DNA from: an uncultured Oscillospiraceae bacterium
Lineage (GTDB): Bacteria > Bacillota > Clostridia > Saccharofermentanales > UBA5734
Direction of reading: 5' to 3'
DNA: 64,000 nt
Assembly: GCA_964450865.1 (NCBI GenBank)
Contig: CAYVHB010000002.1
Span: 35,590 to 99,589, forward strand
A model generated the notes under the pieces. It saw only the letters and a program-made list of their open reading frames with translations, was not told where the DNA came from and did not search any database. The position numbers were made by a program, and so were the translations under genes. Shown in pieces: positions 50,460 through 58,694 of the stretch (the first letter of the stretch is position 1; each line of letters opens with the position of its first letter).

Positions 50460-51386
50460 CTATCGCCGCAAAAGATCAAGGAATTCATCTTCACCGATGA
50501 TCTCGATCGGTTTCCCTTTTGCTTGCAAGGCTTCTGCCTTTTGTAGCTTTGCGGTCTTGCGGCCGCGCTCAAAATCAAGATATTCGCTTGTTCCGACCAC
50601 AAGATAGTCCGTTCTGGCTGTGACCGTGTCCTGTGGGATAGCCCCGCGGGCTGCCGCTCGCCGGGCTATGTATACCCGTTTGCCAAGAACAAGCTCCCCG
50701 GTGAAGCAAATACAGGAACCGTAAAGGGGTGATTCTTCCGTGACGTCCGGGTCGAGCTCGGCCGTTATTTCCGAGATTTTCTTCACATTCGGATAGTTGC
50801 CACGATGCCCGGGGCCACTGCAAGAATCATAGCTATCTGCGAAAAGACGACCCATACGGATCCTCAGAAAGGCGCAGAGCTCGTCAATCGTTCGAGTTCC
50901 AGTCTCGGCAAAGGCTCGCTGCAAGATGAGCCCGCAAGCCAGGGCATCCGAACCTGCTTCATGATGATTGAGCTGAATCTGGTGCATTCGACAAATCTGA
51001 TCGAGTGAGTGGCTCATGGTCGGATAAAGCCTTCGACTGATCTGGCAGGTACAGATATAAGGGTACTGCGGATAATTGCGACCCGTCAGGTCGCACCATT
51101 TGCGGATACAGCTGATGTCAAAAGCCGCGTTATGCGCGACCAGAAAATCAGGCTTCAACTGATCGATCCTGGGGAAAAGGGTCTCAAAGCCGCTGAGATG
51201 GGCGGTCATGGCCGGGGTGATACCGTGAACCTCGATATTCCAGAAATCATAGTAATTGGGTTCGGGCTTGCAAAGCTCCGCGCCGGCCATGACGACACGA
51301 CCGTCCTCAAAAAGTGCATAGCCGAATGCACAAATGCTGGAGCGCTCAGAATTGGCTGTTTCAAAGTCAATTGCCAGATATCTCAT
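50460..51386 (-). CDS. DEDDh 3'-5' exonuclease domain fused to a C-terminal BRCT domain
   Basis: 308 aa. The Exo motifs are AIDFETAN, VAHNAAFD and HHEAGSDA. The C-terminal CFTGEL...ARRAAARGA...TARTDYLVVG pattern is BRCT-like. Confidence 0.85.
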   Translation of the reverse strand: MRYLAIDFETANSERSSICAFGYALFEDGRVVMAGAELCKPEPNYYDFWNIEVHGITPAMTAHLSGFETLFPRIDQLKPDFLVAHNAAFDISCIRKWCDLTGRNYPQYPYICTCQISRRLYPTMSHSLDQICRMHQIQLNHHEAGSDALACGLILQRAFAETGTRTIDELCAFLRIRMGRLFADSYDSCSGPGHRGNYPNVKKISEITAELDPDVTEESPLYGSCICFTGELVLGKRVYIARRAAARGAIPQDTVTARTDYLVVGTSEYLDFERGRKTAKLQKAEALQAKGKPIEIIGEDEFLDLLRR

Positions 51387-51395
51387 GCTGATACC

Positions 51396-51671
51396 TCAAT
51401 CAATATTCCGGTTTGATCCGAAAAAGATCAGACCCTTGTTCAGGTTTTTCCGGTAAGTACAGTCATATCGCAATTCTTTTAATGGTGATATACAGCGCGT
51501 GGCGTCCGAGCATTCCTGGTAGAGATGGCAACAGTCGAACGGATTGACTCCTGATTTCTCTGCGAGTTCGTACATCAGTCGATAAATGATCCAGTAGAGT
51601 TTATTATATAAACAATCCAGACCGAAAGGTAGAAGATAATAATCTGAAATTTCTTTTGTATTCATGTTCAT
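51396..51671 (-). CDS. hypothetical Cys-rich small protein
   Basis: This is the ORF 51396..51785, with start uncertain: ATG 51671 or 51665 lack an obvious RBS, and GTG 51785 is also possible. It has 6 Cys in the last 45 aa (FDCCHLYQECSDATRCISPLKELRYDC). It ends 10 nt before the exonuclease start. No family recognised. Confidence 0.4.
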   Translation of the reverse strand: MNMNTKEISDYYLLPFGLDCLYNKLYWIIYRLMYELAEKSGVNPFDCCHLYQECSDATRCISPLKELRYDCTYRKNLNKGLIFFGSNRNID

Positions 51672-52055
51672 CAAATGAAGAAGCACTCGCGAGGGGGGAG
51701 GGTGCTTTTTACATGTCGAAAAAGCCGCACGAGGCCGGATCGGCATTGATCCCAACGGCCGGGACAATGGCTGGAAACAGTCCACCCAGGACTTAAAAAC
51801 GGAGATTTCCCTTGCTAAAGAACATCAACCTACAGCTTCTGGCTGAACCCGGTACCGCGGATCCGGGTACTGGACCAGGCGAACCCGGCTAAGTTTTGCC
51901 GGTAGACAAACGGCAGACAAATCAACTTTAGATTCATTAAGATTGTGGCAAAATCAAGCGCTTTTGCAAACAAACCTCGTGATATCAAGCATCACAGGTT
52001 TGGATATGTACCTGGTGATGATGGCTGTCAGTCTTGGATGGTATCTACAAGTCAG

Positions 52056-52721
52056 TCAGCGCTGCTTCAATTTGGGGAAATATTTTCCGGTTGTTTTCAT
52101 GTAGTCGAGATACTCGCGGCCGAAATGGCCAATCAACATTTTTTCTTCTTTGGAAATTCTTGGCGGCGTCCAGACGATTTCCACGACTGCAAAGGCCACA
52201 AATAACCAACTGGCTGTATACAGCGCCAGCCCCACGGACCAGAATATCATGGCGGTGTAAATCGGATGCCGCATCACGCGATAGGGGCCGTTCGTGACCA
52301 AAATATGCGCTTTTTGAATTTTCAGGTTCGCTGACCAGTTCTTGTCCAGGACGGACTGTGCATAGGTCCAGAGCACCAGGCAAAGGGACGCGATGATCAC
52401 ACCCGTCCATCTCAATCCACTGGGTACAGGCCATTGAAACCAGGCTTCGTATACGGGGAAAAATGAATAAAGAACAATGACCGCGGCCAGCAAAATGCCA
52501 GCAATCACCCTGATCGCAAACAAGCCTTTCCCTTCATTTTTAATAGCCTCGCGGTCTGGAGTCAATTTGACGCCAGATTTTTTGGCTCGCAATGCCGGAA
52601 TAATCCGATTAAAAATCATGATAAAGGCCAGATGAATCCAGAATACGATTCGGAACGAAAACGCTTCATTCATAACGGACACCCCCAGCATAGTTCCTGG
52701 TTTGCGAGATTTTCTCTTCAT
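52056..52721 (-). CDS. isoprenylcysteine carboxyl methyltransferase (ICMT/PEMT)-family membrane methyltransferase
   Basis: It is polytopic, with the C-terminal signature LVTNGPYRVMRHPIYTAMIFWSVGLAL...EEKMLIGHFGREYLDY. The alternative start ATG 52673 has the better RBS (GGGGGTG). Confidence 0.82.
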   Translation of the reverse strand: MKRKSRKPGTMLGVSVMNEAFSFRIVFWIHLAFIMIFNRIIPALRAKKSGVKLTPDREAIKNEGKGLFAIRVIAGILLAAVIVLYSFFPVYEAWFQWPVPSGLRWTGVIIASLCLVLWTYAQSVLDKNWSANLKIQKAHILVTNGPYRVMRHPIYTAMIFWSVGLALYTASWLFVAFAVVEIVWTPPRISKEEKMLIGHFGREYLDYMKTTGKYFPKLKQR

Positions 52722-52752
52722 GCAAATGGGCGACTGGCAGTTTGGCCATGGC

Positions 52753-54003
52753 TTATATCGTCAGTACGGATATCGGAACTACGTTCACACCATCCTGTCT
52801 GCGGTACGCAAATCCATTTCCTGTTATCACGGTTAATGATGCTGGTGCCTTCACTTTTTTTGTGTCGATTTTATTGGCGAATTTCTTGAGGTTTTCTGCA
52901 GCGACGTCAGCCGCACCGAATCCAAGCTTAATTTCGAACGCACCCCAAGTGCCATCTGCATATTCTATGATGGTGTCCATCTTCAACCCTCTTGAGTCGC
53001 GATAATGGTACACTTTGCCGTCGTTAGCTTCCGCATAGATTTTCAAATCCCGAATCACAAGTGACTCGAACAACAATCCGAAATAGTTCAAGTCAGCCGT
53101 CAGTTTGTCGATCGATAAGCCCAGGGCCCCTACTGCCAGAGAGGGATCTGTAAAGTGCCGCTTCGGAGATTTGCGAAGCATATCTGAACTGCGAATATGT
53201 GTATTCCAGGCTGGCAATTTTTCCACCGTCATCAATCGCTCTAATGCATAGAGATAATCTGCAACCGTTTCGTCATCCAATGCACCGTCACTGCCACCAG
53301 TATCTTTAGCCAGTGTGGTAAGGGTAACCTCGGTGGAGATATTTCGAGCAATTGATTGGAGCAACCGCATGACCTTGTATGGGTCACGGCGTTTTTCAGA
53401 TACCTTTGATAAATCAACTTCGGCAATCAAGGAGATATAGTCACTGACAAAGCACAGCCCCTCGGAGGCGCCTGCCCCAATCAGTCCGGGCCATCCGCCC
53501 AGCGTGATTTTTTCAGCAAGTTCTCCAAGATCAAATGCAACGCTTTCTGATGTTGGGGTGTCGCCTCTCAGTAAATCAGACAAACTAACCTCACCGGTAG
53601 ACCAGCCCCTCTCGTACAATGACAGGGGGCGCATCCTCATCAAGGAGAATCTCCCTGCGCCAGAATGTCGCTTAGCATGATCGTCCGGTGTCGCAGACCC
53701 GGTTAGGATAAACTGCCCCTTTTGTCCGCGATCATCAACTTCACGACGCACATAATCCCATATCTTGGGATATTCCTGCCACTCATCAAGCAAGCGAGGA
53801 ACTGAGCCGATCAGTACGCTCTTCGGATCAATTTCCATGCGTATGCGTACTTGCTCGTCGATATCAAAGCGCACAGCGCTGCCTGCGATTTGCAGCGCTG
53901 TTTGTGTTTTGCCACATCCTTTTGTACCCTCAATAAGAATTGCACCAGCACTTTTAAGGCGTTCCGCCAATATTTTATCTGCAAATCGTTTTCTATACTC
54001 CAA
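52753..54003 (-). CDS. AAA ATPase with DUF4143 C-terminal domain
   Basis: ORF-track ATG 54030 has no RBS. AGGAGGTGA lies 8 nt before in-frame TTG 54003. It has a Walker A GTKGCGKTQ, a mid-region LTGS, and a C-terminal ...YHYRDSRGLKMDTIIEYADGTWGAFEIKLG typical of DUF4143. Confidence 0.82.
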   Translation of the reverse strand: MEYRKRFADKILAERLKSAGAILIEGTKGCGKTQTALQIAGSAVRFDIDEQVRIRMEIDPKSVLIGSVPRLLDEWQEYPKIWDYVRREVDDRGQKGQFILTGSATPDDHAKRHSGAGRFSLMRMRPLSLYERGWSTGEVSLSDLLRGDTPTSESVAFDLGELAEKITLGGWPGLIGAGASEGLCFVSDYISLIAEVDLSKVSEKRRDPYKVMRLLQSIARNISTEVTLTTLAKDTGGSDGALDDETVADYLYALERLMTVEKLPAWNTHIRSSDMLRKSPKRHFTDPSLAVGALGLSIDKLTADLNYFGLLFESLVIRDLKIYAEANDGKVYHYRDSRGLKMDTIIEYADGTWGAFEIKLGFGAADVAAENLKKFANKIDTKKVKAPASLTVITGNGFAYRRQDGVNVVPISVLTI

Positions 54004-54041
54004 AAGATTATCACCTCCTCTCGTTGTCATTACAACACAAA

Positions 54042-54133
54042 ATCCGCTATTATATAATGATTATAACCGCTAAATTATATTATATCAATCCGCTTAATTG
54101 ATCATAAAATTCCCGCTATAATAAGCAATATAG
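54042..54133. repeat. four iteron-like direct repeats at exactly 23-bp spacing (core CCGCT followed by AT-rich tail)
   Basis: CCGCT occurs at 54044, 54067, 54090 and 54113. The units are ATCCGCTATTATATAATGATTAT, AACCGCTAAATTATATTATATCA, ATCCGCTTAATTGATCATAAAAT and TCCCGCTATAATAAGCAATATAG. Confidence 0.9.
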
Positions 54134-54398
54134 TAAAAAACCTTTTGGCCATGCCCAGACCAGCACAACCATGAACATTTACAGCCATGCCATCCAGTCA
54201 GCCAATGAGGCTGCAGCCGCAGCATTGGACGATATTCTTTCCAGGCCAGTCGAGCGCAAGGAAGCAAAGGCCGACCAGAAAGCATCCGGTGAAAACCAGA
54301 GGTTCAATACGGTTATAACCCCGTTTCGGAAGCCGTAGCCCACAAATAGCCCACAAGACGGGCGTTTGGCTGACCCCATATGACAATATTCAACGGAT

Positions 54399-54430
54399 AA
54401 AAAAGAAAAAGGCCCTGTTTGCAGGCCTTT
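54399..54430 (-). terminator. intrinsic terminator after tRNA-Thr
   Basis: On the minus strand, AAGGCCTG-caaa-CAGGGCCTT is followed by TTTTCTTTTTT, 13 nt after the tRNA CCA end. Confidence 0.85.
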
Positions 54431-54443
54431 GCGGGTTTGGATA

Positions 54444-54519
54444 TGGAGCCTGTGGACGGATTCGAACCCCCGACCTGCTGATTACAAATCAGCTGCTCTA
54501 CCGGCTGAGCTACACAGGC
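54444..54519 (-). tRNA. tRNA-Thr(UGU): tRNA-Thr (anticodon UGU), CCA encoded
   Basis: The manual cloverleaf fold is GCCTGTG-TA-GCTC-AGCCGGTA-GAGC-A-GCTGA-TTTGTAA-TCAGC-AGGTC-GGGGG-TTCGAAT-CCGTC-CACAGGC-T-CCA. The acceptor, D and anticodon stems are perfect. The T stem has one G-G mismatch and one G-U pair. Confidence 0.85.
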
Positions 54520-54611
54520 GTATGACATGCACTGACTGTCCTGGTGGAAACGGGTGGTGGATGTATCCGAGTGGATTCACTGTGTTTCCGGGTTCATCAC
54601 TGCATGTGTTA

Positions 54612-54640
54612 TTTTAGGCAAGGGTCAGGCTCTTGTCAAG
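54612..54640 (-). promoter_or_regulatory. sigma-A-type promoter of tRNA-Thr
   Basis: On the minus strand: TTGACA (54640-54635), 17 nt, TAAAAT (54617-54612), about 90 nt upstream of the mature tRNA 5' end. Confidence 0.65.
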
Positions 54641-54663
54641 TGAAAGGTTGCGCGTACATCGAG

Positions 54664-54726
54664 TAGATCGGGCAGATCAAGTAAATCAGCTAAATCAGCT
54701 AAATCGGCTAGATCGGGTATATCGGG
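54664..54726. repeat. degenerate 9-bp tandem repeat (TAAATCAGC-like) x7
   Basis: The units are TAGATCGGG, CAGATCAAG, TAAATCAGC, TAAATCAGC, TAAATCGGC, TAGATCGGG and TATATCGGG, read directly. Confidence 0.9.
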
Positions 54727-54801
54727 CGCCGGGGGTAAAATCGGATCATGCACCAGATTCATTCCCGAGAACGCGACAGGCCGCAAGGGCTTCAGGCTCG
54801 C

Positions 54802-55707
54802 TCAGGTTGTCGGCTTCGGTTCCCTGGGCTTGAACGGCTTGAGCAGCTCGCGCGGATGTTCGAGCAGGATCTTGTAACGCTGGAAGGAGCGGGCGTAGTA
54901 GTAGCCGTCGGCGATGCGCTCGTCAAAGGTGACAGCGATGTTCATGATTTCACGATGGCCGATGGTGCCATCGTCGAGCAGGGCCGGAACGCGTTCGGTT
55001 GCCCCCGTAGTCACGAAGAAGGACGTCGTACCCCATTCGTACAGGTGATGGAACGGCGCGTCGACACCGAGGCTGCCCAGGTTGGAGATCCAGAAGCTGC
55101 AATGCATCGGATCGATGTCGAGGATGAAGCGCGGCAGCCAGCCGTGGTAATCAAGCCAGGCCAGGAAGCTGACCGCCCCGTCGAGAATGGGGCGGGGCAG
55201 GCTCATCAGGACATTGAACCAGTTGACGATGCCACTGCGTTTGACCTCGTCCTTTTTCGCCTCATTGCGGATGCGGTGGACCTCGTCCTGGATCTTTTGG
55301 GATATCGCATAAAGATCATCCTCCGGCTTGAACTTCATGATGATGATCTCTTCCTTGGCGTCATCCTTGAATTCACGTTTCATGACAAAGGCGACCGACA
55401 GCTCGTGTCGCTGGTAGACACGCCGGCCGATGACGAAGCGATTCACCTGCGGACGTTCGGCCACGATCCGGACCAGGGCGGCGAGGACAAAATGGAAAAT
55501 GGTGATCTTGATGCCTTCGCCTGAAGCGGCGACAGCGCGGTTATGCTGGTTCATGAAAGCCTTGAGTTCGGTCATATCAATCTGTTGCTTGAAATAGACG
55601 GCCGACTCGTTGCGCTTTTTCATGATAAATGGGAAAAAGCGCATAAAAGGGTCAATGTCCTTGAGATACGTACCGTCCGAACGGCTAAACCAGCGGCGTT
55701 TCTCCAT
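54802..55707 (-). CDS. 2-oxoacid dehydrogenase E2-type acyltransferase catalytic-domain family protein (stand-alone, no lipoyl domain)
   Basis: Trimmed to ATG 55707, with AGGAGG upstream. The N-terminal MEKRRWFSRSDGTYLKDIDPFMRFFPFIMKKRNES pattern and the C-terminal ...VTFDERIADGYYYARSF (the position of the DHRxxDG motif) match the CAT-like E2 catalytic fold family. Confidence 0.7.
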   Translation of the reverse strand: MEKRRWFSRSDGTYLKDIDPFMRFFPFIMKKRNESAVYFKQQIDMTELKAFMNQHNRAVAASGEGIKITIFHFVLAALVRIVAERPQVNRFVIGRRVYQRHELSVAFVMKREFKDDAKEEIIIMKFKPEDDLYAISQKIQDEVHRIRNEAKKDEVKRSGIVNWFNVLMSLPRPILDGAVSFLAWLDYHGWLPRFILDIDPMHCSFWISNLGSLGVDAPFHHLYEWGTTSFFVTTGATERVPALLDDGTIGHREIMNIAVTFDERIADGYYYARSFQRYKILLEHPRELLKPFKPREPKPTT

Positions 55708-55848
55708 AGCGGTTCTGAATCCTCCTGCAGCGAATTTAATCATAATGAATAAGTTGCAACCGCGAAACCCGGGCCTGACAAGCAGAAGCACGATAACGTG
55801 CCCGTCAAGCTAGTCCAGGCCATGCGCGAAACCCGGCCGGGCCTGACA

Positions 55849-58368
55849 TCAACTTTGGCGGACGACGAGATTGGCCAGGCGGCCTTTGACGTAGATGAAT
55901 TTGACCAGTGTCTTGCCGCTGAGCAGGGCAGCCGTGCGGCTGTCAGCCATGACCTGGGCTTCGACATCAGCCGGACTGGCGTCGCTGGCGATATCGAGAC
56001 GGAATTTAACCGTGCCATTGACCTGGACTGCAATCTCGACCAGGTCGCGAATCAGGGCCTGTGGATCGAAAACCGGCCAGGATTCATGGAAAATGGACTG
56101 CCCATGCCCCAGCTTCTGCCAGGCTTCTTCGCAGAAATGTGGCGCAAAGGGCGCCATCAGGCGCAGCAGGTCTTCGCAGACTGCCCGCAGCAGGGCCGTA
56201 TCACCGGCCAGACCTTTGGCCTGCTGCTGGCTCTGGTATTTGTTGATCGCATTGAGCAGCTCCATCATGCGCGAGATTGAAGTATTGAACTGGAACTTCT
56301 CGGCATCGCTGGTTACGCCGCGAATCGCGTAGTGGCGGGCGTATTGCAGGTCACGGGCCTCGGCATCGGGCACTGTCATCGTGGCGGCGACACCGGGAGC
56401 GGTGGCCGCCACGGCGGCCGGCCAGGTGGCAGCCTCATCGGCCAGGCGTTCGACACGGCTGATGAATTTGACAATGGCCTTGACGCCATCATCATTCCAT
56501 GGGCCGCCATCGGTATAGGCAAAGCCAAAGCCCAGATACATGCGGAAGACGTCCGAGCCATGCTTTTCAATGTAAACATCAGGGGAGATCGTATTGCCGC
56601 GCGATTTCGACATTTTCTGGCCATCGGCGCCAAGGATCGTGCCCTGATGGACCAGGGACAGGAAAGGTTCGTCGAAGTCGAGGCAGCCCATGTCGCGCAG
56701 GGCCTTGGTGACGAAACGGGCATAGAGCAGGTGCATGGCCGCATGCTCGGCGCCGCCGATGTATTTGTCAACCGGACACATCTGGTTGACCCTGGTGCGG
56801 TCAAAGGCCTGCTGGTCGTTGTGGTTGTCGACATAGCGGAACTGGTACCAGGACGAGCAGACGAAGGTATCGAGCGTGTCAGAGTCGCGTTCGGCCGGGC
56901 CGCCGCAGACCGGACAAGTGGTCTGGATGAACGACCGGGACTTTTTCAGCGGCGACTCGCCGTCGGGCCGGAATTCGACATCGTAGGGCAGGCGGACCGG
57001 CAGCTGGTCTTCAGGCACCGGTACAACACCGCAAGCCGGGCAATGGACCATCGGGATCGGTGTGCCCCAGTAGCGCTGACGCGAGACCAGCCAGTCACGC
57101 AGGCGGTAATTGACCTTCAGGCTGCCCTGGCTGGTCGGGCTGAGCCGGTCGATAATGGCAGTCACTGCAGCCTGGGAGGAAAGGCCGGTGAAATCACCGC
57201 TATTGACCAGGACCCCCTTGGCCGTGAATGGCAATTCATCCGGCGAACCATCTGCCGAAGCAATGACCCGCGGGATCGGCAGGTTGAATTTACGTGCAAA
57301 CTCGTAGTCGCGCTCATCATGGGCGGGAACAGCCATGACCACGCCAGTACCATAACCGGCGATGACGTAATCAGCAGCCCAGATCGGTACGCGGGCCGCG
57401 GTGATCGGGTGGATGGCATACGAACCGGTGAAGACACCGGTCTTTTCCCGTACTGTCGACATGCGGTCAATGTCGGAGACCTTGCGGGTATCATCGCGAT
57501 ACTGATCCACGGCAGCCCGGCATTCGTCAGTCGTCAGCGCCGCGCACAGCTCGCTCTCCGGGGCGACGACGACATAGGTCACGCCCATCACGGTATCGGC
57601 CCGCGTGGTAAATACCGTCAGGCTGACCGGCTGGCCCTCGCTGTCGAGTACCGGCTGGCCGTCCTTCTCGGCGCCGAAAACCAGCTCGGCCCCCTCGGAG
57701 CGCCCGATCCAGTTGGTCTGGATTTTCTTGGTTTTCTCCGGCCAGTCCAGTCCAGGCAGGCAGTCGAGCAGTTCCTGGGCATAGGCTGTGATCTTGAAAA
57801 ACCACTGGGTCAGGTTCTTGCGGGTCACCTCGGTATTGCAGCGCTCGCAGTGGCCCTCATCGACCTGCTCATTGGCCAGCACGGTATTGCAGCTCGGGCA
57901 CCAGTTAACGGGGGCATTCTTGCGATAGGCCAGGCCATTTTTATAGAGCTGCAGGAAAAGCCACTGATTCCAGCGGTAATACTCGGGTTCACAGGTCGCC
58001 AGCTCGGCATCCCAGTCGAACATGCCGCCCATTTCGCGCAGCTGCTTTTCCATGGTCTTAATATTGTTCAGGGTGCTGTCCTGGGGGTGAATGCCGGTCT
58101 TGATGGCATAATTTTCAGCCGGCAGGCCGAAGGCGTCAAAGCCCATCGGCTGGAAGATCTCGTAGCCCTGCATCTTTTTCATGCGGGCCCACGAATCTGA
58201 CAGCGAGTAATTGTACCAGTGCCCGACGTGCAGATTGGCGCCCGACGGATAGGAGAACATCTCAAGTACATACAATTTGCGGTCCAGGTGGGCCGGGTTG
58301 AAGTGATGCTGGCGCGTCTCTTCCCAGTATTGCTGCCATTTGCGGTCAATTTCGACTGAATAAGCCAT
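55849..58368 (-). CDS. leuS: leucine--tRNA ligase
   Basis: 839 aa. It has a HIGH-type motif ([14 protein letters not shown]), a KMSKS motif ([10 protein letters not shown]), and the CP1 editing and zinc-binding Cys clusters. Confidence 0.97.
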   Translation of the reverse strand: MAYSVEIDRKWQQYWEETRQHHFNPAHLDRKLYVLEMFSYPSGANLHVGHWYNYSLSDSWARMKKMQGYEIFQPMGFDAFGLPAENYAIKTGIHPQDSTLNNIKTMEKQLREMGGMFDWDAELATCEPEYYRWNQWLFLQLYKNGLAYRKNAPVNWCPSCNTVLANEQVDEGHCERCNTEVTRKNLTQWFFKITAYAQELLDCLPGLDWPEKTKKIQTNWIGRSEGAELVFGAEKDGQPVLDSEGQPVSLTVFTTRADTVMGVTYVVVAPESELCAALTTDECRAAVDQYRDDTRKVSDIDRMSTVREKTGVFTGSYAIHPITAARVPIWAADYVIAGYGTGVVMAVPAHDERDYEFARKFNLPIPRVIASADGSPDELPFTAKGVLVNSGDFTGLSSQAAVTAIIDRLSPTSQGSLKVNYRLRDWLVSRQRYWGTPIPMVHCPACGVVPVPEDQLPVRLPYDVEFRPDGESPLKKSRSFIQTTCPVCGGPAERDSDTLDTFVCSSWYQFRYVDNHNDQQAFDRTRVNQMCPVDKYIGGAEHAAMHLLYARFVTKALRDMGCLDFDEPFLSLVHQGTILGADGQKMSKSRGNTISPDVYIEKHGSDVFRMYLGFGFAYTDGGPWNDDGVKAIVKFISRVERLADEAATWPAAVAATAPGVAATMTVPDAEARDLQYARHYAIRGVTSDAEKFQFNTSISRMMELLNAINKYQSQQQAKGLAGDTALLRAVCEDLLRLMAPFAPHFCEEAWQKLGHGQSIFHESWPVFDPQALIRDLVEIAVQVNGTVKFRLDIASDASPADVEAQVMADSRTAALLSGKTLVKFIYVKGRLANLVVRQS

Positions 58369-58379
58369 GTAGGAATCCT

Positions 58380-58640
58380 CTCTATCTTGAAATCACAGCG
58401 GTAAGGTCATTGACAGGCGCTGTCCTGGAATGACAGGGGGTGACGAAAATCGCGTATGGTTTAATCGTCACCATGCGATTGGCGCCGCGGGTACCATGAG
58501 AATTACGGTGCAATCAGACCATTTTAGCAAAAAGTCCGGCGCTTTTCACTAATAAACCCGATGAAATACAGGCCCTGGCACCAAATTTTCACCCGCAGTC
58601 ATCATGTCGGCAGACAGGCCCACGGTCACTTTTTCAAAAT
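58380..58640 (-). promoter_or_regulatory. putative T-box leader upstream of leuS
   Basis: The minus strand contains AATTCTCATGGTACCCGCGG (plus coordinates 58485-58504), against the T-box consensus AATTAGGGTGGTACCGCG. Upstream there is a long stem (CCGAcATGA...TCATCGG). Downstream there is a mutually exclusive hairpin, AATCGCATGGT...ACCATaCGCGATT followed by TTTCG. I could not assign the specifier codon by eye. Confidence 0.45.
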
Positions 58641-58694
58641 GCAGGCATAACGGCATACCTGCATACAAATTCCAGCCAGGCCCCGGGGAAGATT

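Noticed and set aside
51846-51870. Overlapping KpnI/SacII/BamHI sites (GGTACCGCGGATCC), looking like a cloning polylinker or vector scar.
   Set aside because: It does not match any polylinker I can recall exactly. The nearest is a GGTACCGCGGGCCCGGGATCC type, which differs. The sequence is simply an imperfect GC-rich hairpin (GGTAC...GGTAC / ACCCGG...CCGGGT) in an intergenic spacer, and the flanks show no vector-like sequence.
54171-54338. 55-aa ORF (MNIYSHAIQSANEAAAAALDDIL...) between the ATPase promoter and tRNA-Thr, considered as an integrase or excisionase remnant. The overlapping minus-strand ORFs 54094..54386 were considered with it.
   Set aside because: It has no RBS and no recognisable domain. 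Several mutually exclusive short ORFs overlap here, so there is insufficient evidence to call any of them.
50433-54520. Direct repeat of the tRNA-Thr 3' end (att site), or an integrase gene, that would define a bona fide integrative element.
   Set aside because: A visual search for the tRNA 3' segment (GGATTCGAACCC and flanks) at the left border and inside the islet found nothing, and no recombinase is encoded. The islet is therefore reported only as a compositional and positional anomaly, not as a mobile element.
54313-54528. 71-aa ORF on the minus strand overlapping the tRNA.
   Set aside because: It is a read-through of the tRNA-Thr gene and its terminator, so it is an artefact of six-frame translation.
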